Assembly: GCA_965204745.1 (NCBI GenBank)
Contig: OZ242010.1
Span: forward strand, 704,001 to 768,000
Length of the DNA stretch: 64,000 nucleotides
Source: Candidatus Latescibacterota bacterium
GTDB lineage: Bacteria; Latescibacterota; UBA2968
Reading direction: 5' to 3'
The notes beneath the pieces are model-generated. The model saw only the letters and a list, made by a program, of their open reading frames with translations, did no database searches and was not told the DNA's origin. Position numbers and translations under genes: made by a program. This document shows positions 50,961-59,669 of the stretch, piece after piece (position 1 is the stretch's first letter; every line of letters begins with the position of its first letter).

Positions 50961-52070
50961 GTGACGAAGGCGCGGAAGGTGCGTATCTCTCTGTCGGCTG
51001 ATCAGCGTGCGCTGGTGAAGCATTGGATGGCTGGCAGTCGGTGGTGGTATAACAAGGCCGTCGAGCTGTACCGGGCAGGCTTCAAAGTGTCGGAGTATGA
51101 CCTGCGTCGTATTGTCCGTGCGGTCAGTCCCAAGTGGTTTGCGGATGTTCCGAGCAAGATTCTGTGCGGTGCGATAGCCGATGCTCACCGGGCCAATCAA
51201 GCCGTATGGCGTAAGCGAAAGACAGGAGAAAAAGCAGCGTTGCATTATCGTAGCCGGAAGAATCCTATTCAATCCTTGTCGTTGTGCAATGTGGCGTGGA
51301 ACAAGGATCGGTCAACGATCTATCCACTCAGTCTGGGACAAATCCGCTTATCCCGCCCGGTTCCGGAAGCTCCGAAGGATGGGCGGCTTGTTGTTCATCA
51401 GGGCCGGTACTATGTGACCGTGCCCTATTCGAGTCCACGGCGCGTAGCCGAGAGCCAAGGGCGCGTCGTGGCACTCGATCCGGGTATTCGTCGTTTCTTG
51501 ACGTTCTATTCTGAAACGGATTGTGGTAAAATTGGCGAAGGTGATTTTGGTCGCATCCAGCGGTTGTGTGCTCACCTGGATAGTTTGATTGGTCGCATGG
51601 TGAAAGCGTGCGGCTTTCTCAAGGTGCGCCTAAAGCGTGCCATCGAGCGCATGCGCTGGCGCATCCGCGACCTCATCGATGAACTCCACAAGCAGGCAGC
51701 ACGATGGCTTGTGGACAACTACGATGTCATCCTGTTGCCAACGTTTGAGACGAGCGAGATGGTTGTGCGCGGTAAGCGGTGCCTTCGCCGCAAGTCTGTC
51801 CGCAACCTGCTCACCTTCGCCCATTATCGCTTCAAGCAATTCCTCAAGCACAAGGCTTTCGAGACCGGCAAGTTGGTCTTAGATGTGAATGAGGCATACA
51901 CGTCCAAAACAGTCAGTTGGACAGGCGAGATTGTGAAGAACTTGGGCGGAGCGAAAGTCATCCGTAGCAGAATGGATGGCCATACCATGGATCGAGATAT
52001 CAATGGCGCACGGGGTATTTTTCTCCGTGCTTTGGGCGATACACCCAAGTTGCGTGATTGCCTGGCGTAA
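50877..52070 (+). CDS. tnpB: RNA-guided endonuclease TnpB (IS607 type); start uncertain
   Basis: SRWWYNKAV, RuvC-I VVALDPGIRRF, DELHKQAA, ILLPTFE, NEAYTSKT, RuvC-III DRDINGARGI. Confidence 0.92.
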   Translation: MVRKHRAKRLFCPFAIGSLVSTASNKALVTKARKVRISLSADQRALVKHWMAGSRWWYNKAVELYRAGFKVSEYDLRRIVRAVSPKWFADVPSKILCGAIADAHRANQAVWRKRKTGEKAALHYRSRKNPIQSLSLCNVAWNKDRSTIYPLSLGQIRLSRPVPEAPKDGRLVVHQGRYYVTVPYSSPRRVAESQGRVVALDPGIRRFLTFYSETDCGKIGEGDFGRIQRLCAHLDSLIGRMVKACGFLKVRLKRAIERMRWRIRDLIDELHKQAARWLVDNYDVILLPTFETSEMVVRGKRCLRRKSVRNLLTFAHYRFKQFLKHKAFETGKLVLDVNEAYTSKTVSWTGEIVKNLGGAKVIRSRMDGHTMDRDINGARGIFLRALGDTPKLRDCLA

Positions 52071-52136
52071 CTTGCACTCGTTGAACCACTATTGGAAGGT
52101 CAATAATGGTCAACAGAAAGGTATCAGTTTTGACCC

Positions 52137-53225
52137 ATGAAATTGACGCTTTTAAGTCCGCGTTCGCGGGCGGCGCATTTGGCGGTTATTTCCGCGCCTG
52201 AAGGGTGCGACGCACGGTTGTTGCAGTTGCAGGGCAAAGGGGAGACGTCGATTGCCGAGCGCGATCCGGTATCCCCTGTTTATCACGTCAATCTGCCCGC
52301 GCTGGACAAAGGGCAAGAGATGAGTTTTGAGGTGTCGGCGTTGGACAGTGCGGATGCGGCATCGGGGATTTCGCATTGCAATGCCGCTGGGAAATTGGAT
52401 GTTTCGCTGGCTGGATCGCCGTTTATAGTATTTCACCACGAGACGGATTATCCCAAGCCGGTTATCAATCCGATTTTGACCCCGAAAGGCGCGAATATGT
52501 TGCGCGAACCCATGCCCGCATGGGGCGAGGGCGAACACCCATGGCAGCGCGGGTTGACCCTGATGCAGGGCGCCATCAATGGGGTGGATTGCTGGAACGA
52601 GCGGCCCAACCGACCGGGGTATGGGCGCACGGCACAAGATGCGATTTCAATTTCGCACGCGCCCCTGTCTTTGGTGATCGCGTCTGAAAATACGTGGTAT
52701 GAAGGGGACCGGCCCCTGATGACGGATAGCCGATGGTATCGGTTGTTCGATTCCGGGCGCGATGCCGCGGTGTTGGATGTCGCGCTGACCCTGAAGGCGT
52801 CTCATGGCGCGGTGACGATAGGCGATACCAAAGAGGGCGGCTTTTTGTGCATTCGCGTGAATCCGTCCATGAATGCCAATGCGGATGGGCAGATGTGCAA
52901 TGCGTATGGCGCGACCGATGAGGCCGGGTGTTGGTCACTGCCGTCGCACTGGATGGATTATTGCGGGCCGGTGGGCGATGAGGTGGCCGGGTTTGCGATT
53001 TTTGACCATCCGCAGAATTTCCGGTATCCCACCACTTGGCATGTGCGCGGCTATGGCTTGTTCGCGCCCAACTGCTGGATGTTTAAGCCGGATCACCACT
53101 TGCCCGCAGGCGCGTCCATGACCTTTCGCTGGCGCGTGATCGTGCATACGGGAGATACGGCGCAGGCCGATATCGCAAATCGCTTTTTGGATTATGTGGA
53201 TGGCCCTCGTGCGACGTGGGAATGA
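52137..53225 (+). CDS. DUF6807-like ('PmoA family') hypothetical protein
   Basis: KPVINPILTP, EHPWQRGL, DCWNE, DTKEGG..IRV, WMDYCG, DHPQNFRYPTTWHVRGYGLFAPN. Confidence 0.75.
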   Translation: MKLTLLSPRSRAAHLAVISAPEGCDARLLQLQGKGETSIAERDPVSPVYHVNLPALDKGQEMSFEVSALDSADAASGISHCNAAGKLDVSLAGSPFIVFHHETDYPKPVINPILTPKGANMLREPMPAWGEGEHPWQRGLTLMQGAINGVDCWNERPNRPGYGRTAQDAISISHAPLSLVIASENTWYEGDRPLMTDSRWYRLFDSGRDAAVLDVALTLKASHGAVTIGDTKEGGFLCIRVNPSMNANADGQMCNAYGATDEAGCWSLPSHWMDYCGPVGDEVAGFAIFDHPQNFRYPTTWHVRGYGLFAPNCWMFKPDHHLPAGASMTFRWRVIVHTGDTAQADIANRFLDYVDGPRATWE

Positions 53226-53257
53226 GAGGCGGATCGCGGATTGGCGTCGGGCGAAAG

Positions 53258-53285
53258 TTGACATCTGTCAAAAAGGGCGTATATT
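53258..53285 (+). promoter_or_regulatory. Sigma70-type promoter
   Basis: TTGACA-N16-TATATT upstream of the AAAGGA RBS and ATG 53308. Confidence 0.55.
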
Positions 53286-53307
53286 TGTAAGACGCAACTG
53301 AAAGGAC

Positions 53308-53793
53308 ATGAACATGAAAAACATCTTCTGGATCGTTTGCCTTCCATTGGGCTTGATGCTCGACGCACCGATTGGCGCGCAACAGCAGGCCAGTCAAAAA
53401 CCCGCACCAACCACAAGCGCGTCGCAAAACCAAACCGAACTCGGCAAGTTGATCGGCATAGTTGAACAAATGGACAAACGGCTTGATCGCATGGAAAATA
53501 GATTTGATCGCATTGAAAACAGACTTGATCGCATTGAAGACAGACAAGACGTGCTCGACAAAAAGATGGACGCCAAGTTTGAACATTTGCACAATCGGAT
53601 GGATACCATGTTCTATTGGTTTATGGGCATTATTTCGGCTCTTGTCGCGCCCATTGCCATTACCCTTGGCTTCGACACGTACAGACGATTGAAGAACCCA
53701 AGCCCCCTGTTCCCAGGTGAGGGAGCCGCCCATCCGCCAAGCCCTCAAACGATCAGGGAGCAGGAGTCGGCAAAGCAAGCGACCGGCAGTTAA
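53308..53793 (+). CDS. Hypothetical exported/membrane protein with heptad coiled-coil repeats
   Basis: Signal-like N-terminus; MDKRLDR-MENRFDR-IENRLDR-IEDRQD 21-bp repeats; C-terminal TM. Confidence 0.7.
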   Translation: MNMKNIFWIVCLPLGLMLDAPIGAQQQASQKPAPTTSASQNQTELGKLIGIVEQMDKRLDRMENRFDRIENRLDRIEDRQDVLDKKMDAKFEHLHNRMDTMFYWFMGIISALVAPIAITLGFDTYRRLKNPSPLFPGEGAAHPPSPQTIREQESAKQATGS

Positions 53794-53810
53794 TGCCCCG
53801 TAGCCTCGAA

Positions 53811-53900
53811 AAAAACAAAAGCGGCGATCTGAAGATCGCCGCTTTTTTGTGTTCATTTTTGACATTGACCACAAAGACAAGCATAGAGCCTGTCTCGACG
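53811..53900. repeat. ~90-bp direct repeat, copy 1 (terminator hairpin plus REP); copy 2 at ~54744-54832
   Basis: AAAACAAAAGCGGCGATCT-nnn-GATCGCCGCTTTTTTGTGTTCATTTTTGACATTGACCACAAAGACA.GCAT.GAGCCTGTC in both copies. Confidence 0.85.
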
Positions 53901-53948
53901 GGGCGGGGTAATCCGCGCAATTCGCGATTCAGACAACTGACTACAACC

Positions 53949-54626
53949 TCAATGCACCAATTGAAGACCCCAATCAGCACACCGCTCTTCAACCTGATTG
54001 AGCGGGGCCATCGTGACGATCACGCCATCAACGATCTTTTCCGGATGCAAGGTCCGCATCAATGCCACTTTATCGGCAAAGCGATCCACATCTTCCAACT
54101 CGCACACGGACTTGACCTCAAACACCAACAAGGCACTGTTATGCACCAAAATATCGACCTCGTAGCGACGACCCGCAGGCCCGATCATCCCCTCGGCATC
54201 TTCAAGGGGTTGGCGCAAGCGCACATGCTCCGAGAGAACATCGTCCCGGCCGAGTACCAGCCGCATCGTGCCGGCGACCACATCTTCCAATTTTCTGCCG
54301 GATCGGGTTTGAAAGCGTCCCACGATCATTTCGACCCAATCTCGCAGATCGGAGAATTGTTGCCCCATCTGATCAAGCCTGCCCTCGACTCGGTCAAGTC
54401 TAGCCTCGACTCGGTCAAATCGTTTATCGACTTGCACGCGATATTCGTCAAATTCGTTCCGAAACTCGCGCAATTCGGACAGCACTGCCGCCACTTCGTC
54501 CTTCGTGGCAAACGTCCGCATGAACGTCGAATAGACGCGCATCTCAAATTCGGGATGCCGTTCGAGCAAGGCCGGTAGTTGTGTCTCCAGCGTGTCCATC
54601 AATTCCTCATCGGTCAACAGAGCCAT
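53949..54626 (-). CDS. Coiled-coil plus PD-(D/E)XK nuclease-like protein (DUF3782-like)
   Basis: FATKDEV..heptad repeats (VDKRFDR-VEARLDR-VEGRLD)..G.KLED..YEVDIL..VFEVKS; AAGGAGG RBS. Confidence 0.75.
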   Translation of the reverse strand: MALLTDEELMDTLETQLPALLERHPEFEMRVYSTFMRTFATKDEVAAVLSELREFRNEFDEYRVQVDKRFDRVEARLDRVEGRLDQMGQQFSDLRDWVEMIVGRFQTRSGRKLEDVVAGTMRLVLGRDDVLSEHVRLRQPLEDAEGMIGPAGRRYEVDILVHNSALLVFEVKSVCELEDVDRFADKVALMRTLHPEKIVDGVIVTMAPLNQVEERCADWGLQLVH

Positions 54627-54743
54627 TGTGCCCTCCTTAAAAAAGTTTTACAACGCACTTCTTCATCCCCACCTACTCGCGACAAATATAGCCACCTTTT
54701 GCCCGATCTGCAACCCCAAATCTGTGTGTGGTAATCCGCGCAG

Positions 54744-54832
54744 AAAACAAAAGCGGCGATCTTCGGATCGCCGCTTTTTTGTGTTCATTTTTGACATTGA
54801 CCACAAAGACAGGCATGGAGCCTGTCCCTACG
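54744..54832. repeat. ~90-bp direct repeat, copy 2
   Basis: Near-identical to 53811-53900. Confidence 0.85.
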
Positions 54833-54964
54833 ATTGATGGCGGCGAGGGATGCGACGGACAGACGGAGCTAACGCACACGGCAGGGCGGTGATGGGACGG
54901 GCACGCACGGGCGGTTGGGTGGCGAGGTGAGGTCGCACGGGGGAGGCCGGAAGGGTGGGGATAA

Positions 54965-56560
54965 TCACCGCATCCATTTTTGAATGTCGGCGCGGATTTT
55001 TTTGGCGTCTAGGTGATCGGGTTGCAGGCGCAGCGCGGTTTGGAGTTGTTGGATGGCGAGGTCAAAGCGTCGGTGTGCGGCGTGGAGATAGCCGAGTTGG
55101 AGACGCGATGGGATGTGCGCTGGGCTGATGGCGATGGCGTGTATGTAGTGGGCCACCGCGCGGTCATAGTCGTCGTTTTGCCGGGCGATTTCGGCCATTT
55201 GAAAATGCGGGCGGTGGTCGTCCGAGACAAGGGCCGCGTATTGCTGAAAGGCGTGATACGCCTGTTGGGGTTGCGCGGTCGCGAGATGGGTCAAGGCGAG
55301 GTGATAGCGCGGGATGGCGTAATTGGGTTCTGCGTCAATGGCGTTTGCAAAGGCTTCGATGGCCGCGTCGTAGCGTTTGATCAAGTAGAGGATGCTACCC
55401 AAGCGGAAATGGACGCGGGTGAATTGGGTGTTGTGCGCGGCGGCTTTTTGCAGGTGGTCAACGGCTCGTTCGTGATCGCCCTTGCGGTGCATGATCAGGC
55501 CGAGTTTGAAATGCGCGTCTGCCAGTGTGGAATCGCGTTCCAAGGCTTGCAGGTAGTACTCGGTGGCTTCGTCGATGCGGTCGAGTTCGTCGTACGCATT
55601 GGCTAATTCATAGCAGGCGACGGGATCGTCCGGGTTGGCTTGGATGGCTTCTCGCAGTTGCGCGGTGATGGTCTCAAAGGTCTGGGCGTATTGGTTGAAA
55701 AACATGCCGGACAGCGCGGCTTGGATGTCGGCGTCTAAGGGCGATAGCCGGATGGCTTGTTCGAGTTCGCTCATGGCCTCGTCTGCGCGCCCGCGCTTTT
55801 TGAGGATGAGGCCGAGGCGATAGCGCGCGACGACGTGTTCAAAGTCGATTTCCAAGGCTTTGCGATAGGCGGTTTCCGCGGCTGCGAGGCGGTTGCGCGT
55901 TTCGTAGATGCGCCCGAGATAATAGTGGGGCATCGCGCTTTTTGCGTCGCGTTGGGCCGCGCGTTGCAGGCCGGTTTCGGCTCGTGCGAGCAAGGCGTGG
56001 TCGATGGGCGATTGGCGCAGGCTCTGATGCAGGGCCATCAGGCTTTCGGTCGCCATGCGGAGGCTTTCCGAGTCGCGGAACAGGGGCAGTTGCAACCGGG
56101 TTTTCTCATGCGCGGTGAGGGTGATCTTGAAGTGATCCGCGATGGCGTAGAGCACGGGCAAGATCGCGTCCAATGGCGCGGAGACGGACGCCTGTCCCAT
56201 AAAGGTTTCGATGACCTCGCCCGTGGATGCCCGAAGCACGTCGGTTTTGAGATGGATGCGCGATCCCGCGATGTGGTACTGCCCGGTCAAGATCAAGTGG
56301 ATGTTCAATTTGTCGGCGAGGTCAGCAGAGGTCACGCGCGTTTCCCCGAGGGTGTGGCGCAGGTAGTCTTCGTCAACCGCGTAGATTTTGGGGACGTGGT
56401 AATAGGCGTTGACATACCCTTCGACAATGCCCAACGAGAGCCAATTCCACTGCGGGTCGCCGCTGGTGTTTTCGTGTGGCAAGACGGCGATGTGCCACTG
56501 CGCGTCGATGGGCGCGTGGGTCAGGGCGATGAGGATGCAGAGTTGGAGGAGTTTTTTCAC
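54965..56560 (-). CDS. Secreted TPR-repeat protein with an N-terminal TolB-N/CsgG-like domain
   Basis: Signal peptide; IAVLPHENTSGD..WLSLG..LILTGQY; many TPR units (AHFKLG..A...LQKA). Confidence 0.85.
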   Translation of the reverse strand: MKKLLQLCILIALTHAPIDAQWHIAVLPHENTSGDPQWNWLSLGIVEGYVNAYYHVPKIYAVDEDYLRHTLGETRVTSADLADKLNIHLILTGQYHIAGSRIHLKTDVLRASTGEVIETFMGQASVSAPLDAILPVLYAIADHFKITLTAHEKTRLQLPLFRDSESLRMATESLMALHQSLRQSPIDHALLARAETGLQRAAQRDAKSAMPHYYLGRIYETRNRLAAAETAYRKALEIDFEHVVARYRLGLILKKRGRADEAMSELEQAIRLSPLDADIQAALSGMFFNQYAQTFETITAQLREAIQANPDDPVACYELANAYDELDRIDEATEYYLQALERDSTLADAHFKLGLIMHRKGDHERAVDHLQKAAAHNTQFTRVHFRLGSILYLIKRYDAAIEAFANAIDAEPNYAIPRYHLALTHLATAQPQQAYHAFQQYAALVSDDHRPHFQMAEIARQNDDYDRAVAHYIHAIAISPAHIPSRLQLGYLHAAHRRFDLAIQQLQTALRLQPDHLDAKKIRADIQKWMR

Positions 56561-56563
56561 GTT

Positions 56564-58339
56564 TTACCTCGGGGTTTCATCGTCGTTGGTGACGTAGAGA
56601 AAGGCCGTACACATTTCGTCGGTCGCGTTTTCGCCCCAGCGCACCAAGCGGGGCGGATCGTTGGGGTTTCGGGGGTTGTCGGCGGAGTTGTCGTAATGGG
56701 CTTCAAGGGCGATGCGAGTGCCGCGTGGGAGCGGGACCGGAGTTTTGTACACGTAGGTTTCCTGCCAGTTGAAGTCCCAGGGTTTGACCCAGATCAAGGG
56801 GTGTTGCGTGCCATCGGGATAGGTGGCGGTGAGTTTCATCTCCGTGCCGAGCAAGTGCATGTGGGGCAAGATGCCGAGCAGGTGCTGGTCTTGGGCTATG
56901 GTGATCGACCCCGCGACCCGGTGGCGTTTGACATTGGGCGGGATGAACAGCAGGCGGCTGTTGATGACGACCTCGCGGAGGCGTTTTTCGACGGGTTTTT
57001 TGGCAAAGTAAATGCCCAACCGAGAGTGGTCGGTTGCGGCGCGTCCAATTTTGTGGTAGTGGATTTGGAGAATGATGTCGCTGTTGGGCGGCAGATGTCG
57101 CCCGATGCCATCGGGGAGGATGAACGGCGTATTGCCGGGTGCCCATCCCCCCAGGGATTCGTAGAGGGGCACGCCAATGCCGCCGAAACACGGATAGCCC
57201 GGCCCCGGCGCGTTGTTCTGTTGCAGGCGCGCTTTGCCCGAGACGTCGATGTACGCGCTGACGTGGTGGACGACTTCGCGGTCCCCGGGCAGGACTTCGA
57301 TAGCCGAGACATAGTTGGCGGCGGCCCGTTCGGTGGGCAAGACAAAACAGCGGTATTCGTCGCGGCCCGCGGCTTCGAGGGGATACGGGGCTTCGGGCGT
57401 GAGGATCAAGTCGGGCGTGCCCAAGGTCCAGCCGGTTGGAAAGGCGCGGGGTTCGGGGCGATGCGCGGGATCGCCTTCGGGCATGCCGCCATCCACCCAT
57501 TGCGCGAAGGTGTGGATTTCCGCGTCCGTGAGCCTGCGGGAATTTTTGAAGTCGCCGTATTCCGGGCGGGCTTTCCACGGGGGCATGATGCGGGCTTGGA
57601 TGGAGTCGCGCATCTGATAGGCCCAGGCGAGTACTTCCGCGTAGTCGAAAAAGGGCACGCGGCCCATGCCGCCCGGGCGGTGGCAGGTTTGGCAGCGGTT
57701 TTGAAGCACGGGCAAGATGTCGCGGTAAAATGTCGGGGCGGATGCTTGCGCGGCAGGGGTTACGCGGGGCAGGCGTCTGATTTCACAGCCAAAGCTGGGC
57801 AGGATGGGATCGGCGATTTCCCGGTCGGCGAGCAGGGCGTCGAGGGCGTCCCACAGACCGCGCGAGGTCGCGTTTTCGGCTATGCCCCAACCGTTGTCGA
57901 GTTCGCCTTTGTAGCGCAGGCGGCGTTGCGCGTCAAAGAGGAAGGCTTGAGGGGTGTGCGTCGCGCCCAAGTGGTCCGCGAGTTCGGCGTGCGGGTCGCG
58001 CAGGACGATGAAGGGCACGGGATTTTGGGCGTAGTGGGCGCGGATGTCTCGGTCGGTTTCGTTGAAGTTGGCATTCACGGCGATCAGGCGAATGCCTTTG
58101 GGCGCGTACTGCTCGTGAAGTTGCGTGCGGACGAGGTCGTATTTGACCGAGGCCGGGCAGACGATGGAACCGAAGACGATGACGAGGGCGCGATTGATGG
58201 GCAAATCCGCGAGGGAGACGGGCGCGCCATCGAGGTCCGCGAGGGCAAAATTGCCGAGGGGGGCGCCGATGCCGAGGGGTTCGGCGCATGCGTGGCGCGG
58301 CAAGGCGAGGAAGAGGGCGATGGCGAGGAGGCGTTTCAT
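56564..58339 (-). CDS. Secreted redoxin + c-type cytochrome + copper type II ascorbate-dependent monooxygenase-like fusion
   Basis: Signal peptide; redoxin (VCPAS..ATHTPQAF..YKGELDN..GCEI); CQTCH heme motif; Cu ligands VVHHV, QIHYH, PHMH, DEMC. Confidence 0.85.
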   Translation of the reverse strand: MKRLLAIALFLALPRHACAEPLGIGAPLGNFALADLDGAPVSLADLPINRALVIVFGSIVCPASVKYDLVRTQLHEQYAPKGIRLIAVNANFNETDRDIRAHYAQNPVPFIVLRDPHAELADHLGATHTPQAFLFDAQRRLRYKGELDNGWGIAENATSRGLWDALDALLADREIADPILPSFGCEIRRLPRVTPAAQASAPTFYRDILPVLQNRCQTCHRPGGMGRVPFFDYAEVLAWAYQMRDSIQARIMPPWKARPEYGDFKNSRRLTDAEIHTFAQWVDGGMPEGDPAHRPEPRAFPTGWTLGTPDLILTPEAPYPLEAAGRDEYRCFVLPTERAAANYVSAIEVLPGDREVVHHVSAYIDVSGKARLQQNNAPGPGYPCFGGIGVPLYESLGGWAPGNTPFILPDGIGRHLPPNSDIILQIHYHKIGRAATDHSRLGIYFAKKPVEKRLREVVINSRLLFIPPNVKRHRVAGSITIAQDQHLLGILPHMHLLGTEMKLTATYPDGTQHPLIWVKPWDFNWQETYVYKTPVPLPRGTRIALEAHYDNSADNPRNPNDPPRLVRWGENATDEMCTAFLYVTNDDETPR

Positions 58340-58356
58340 GGGGCAACGGTTGGGGG

Positions 58357-59070
58357 TCAGCGGTCGCGCTGCCGCAGATGGTCGATGAGGAAAACGAGCG
58401 CGAGGATGCCGAAGAATGCGGCGACAGCGAGGGCGATAAAGTGGCTTTCATCCGGCAGGCGCCAGTATTGTACCCCGACAAATATCAGGGCGGGAACGAA
58501 GAAGATGAGCGCGCCCAACAAGGCATAGATGGATCGCGCGCCCGGTTCGGGTTGGGGATTTTGGTCGCGCTGTGGTCGTGTCGGCCGGATCGTGGGAGGG
58601 GCTGTCTTGGGCTTGACCGGTTCGGGTGGTTTGACTTGGGCGAGCATGGCGATGACGCTTTTGCGATAGGCGTTGTCCGCCGCCGCATAGACGGTCCAAA
58701 ATGCCGCGATTTCCTCCGCGCCTGTGCGGGTGAATTGCTTTTCGAGTGCGCGTTTGCGGTCGAGGGGCAGTTCGGCCGGGGCCTGTTTTTGGTGCTTTTT
58801 GAGGTCGTGGAGGATGTGCGTGAGGCTGGCGTCGTACCCGTGAATCCAGGGATAGGTGGCGTGCTGGAGCAGTTTTTCGTCGGGGTTGGTGGTGGCAAAT
58901 TCGCGGGTGTACGCGGCGATGAGTTTTTCGCGGCCGATTTTAGACCCCGCGCCGGGAAAGTGTTTTGCCCGCAACGCACTGTCGCGCTGAAAGGGCTGCG
59001 AGAGATGGGCGTGATCCGCGATTTCGAGGATGCGGTTGAATGCAGCGATGAGGGGTTGGCGACAGGACAT
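58357..59070 (-). CDS. Hypothetical membrane protein
   Basis: 237-aa ORF with a Pro-rich linker and two C-terminal TM helices, 17 bp upstream of the next gene. Confidence 0.6.
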   Translation of the reverse strand: MSCRQPLIAAFNRILEIADHAHLSQPFQRDSALRAKHFPGAGSKIGREKLIAAYTREFATTNPDEKLLQHATYPWIHGYDASLTHILHDLKKHQKQAPAELPLDRKRALEKQFTRTGAEEIAAFWTVYAAADNAYRKSVIAMLAQVKPPEPVKPKTAPPTIRPTRPQRDQNPQPEPGARSIYALLGALIFFVPALIFVGVQYWRLPDESHFIALAVAAFFGILALVFLIDHLRQRDR

Positions 59071-59163
59071 ACGAAAGGCGTGAGAGGGGAGAGGCGAGAG
59101 GCAAGAGGGGAGAGGCAAGAGAGACAGCGCGGCGGTGCTGAACGCCGATAGCCAGTTTTCAAA

Positions 59164-59511
59164 TTATGCAGGAACACCAGAATAACTTTCCCGCTTTGAA
59201 ACCGCGCTTGACGACAATGGTTGGGAAACGCTTTGATCTCTTTCACGAGACGCCTTCCAGCATACAGCGAGAATATGACCAACATGTTCGCGGATATAAT
59301 CGCGCTGACTTGCAACGTGTTCAAGAATATGCTCGACCTCATTCATATCAATATCATACTTTTTAAGTGCAGGTACAATCTCTTTCGTCAAAGCGGCCTT
59401 AAACAAAGGCACATCTCCATCTTCCAACAACACATCGATGTATTCGACAATATCCTCCGGCGTATCCAAACCAAACAACGGATCATAAGGCTCAGGTTGC
59501 GTTTTTCCCAT
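59164..59511 (-). CDS. Addiction-module antidote-like (HI1420-type N-terminus) hypothetical protein
   Basis: PYDPL..LDTPEDIVEYIDVLLEDGDVPLFKAAL; GGGAG RBS; no clear Cro-HTH follows. Confidence 0.55.
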   Translation of the reverse strand: MGKTQPEPYDPLFGLDTPEDIVEYIDVLLEDGDVPLFKAALTKEIVPALKKYDIDMNEVEHILEHVASQRDYIREHVGHILAVCWKASRERDQSVSQPLSSSAVSKRESYSGVPA

Positions 59512-59669
59512 GACAACACTCCCTAAAATCTAAGTAACCAGACAAATTCTAAGAAGCGATCTAAAAACAGGCCCCCTCCCCGAAACAGGGAGGGGGAGAT
59601 GTTCTCTGGTAGGGAGTGGCTCAATTCCCCCATTTCTTCAATGAGCGGAGCGAAGGGGGTAGATCACAT

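Larger units (their letters stand above)
50681..52126 (+). mobile_element. IS607-family element (non-autonomous)
   Basis: Ends TGATATTTCGTTGACTACTGTTAA / GGTCAATAATGGTCAACAGAAAGGTATCA are imperfect inverted copies with GTTGAC-like motifs; contains a tnpA remnant and tnpB. Confidence 0.78.

Noticed and set aside
52137-53225. Methane monooxygenase subunit (from the 'PmoA family' label)
   Set aside because: Soluble-looking protein without the TM helices of true PmoA, and no pmoC/pmoB neighbours
55757-59151. Long plus-strand ORFs 55757..58528 and 58288..59151
   Set aside because: Antisense to well-supported minus-strand genes; no motifs
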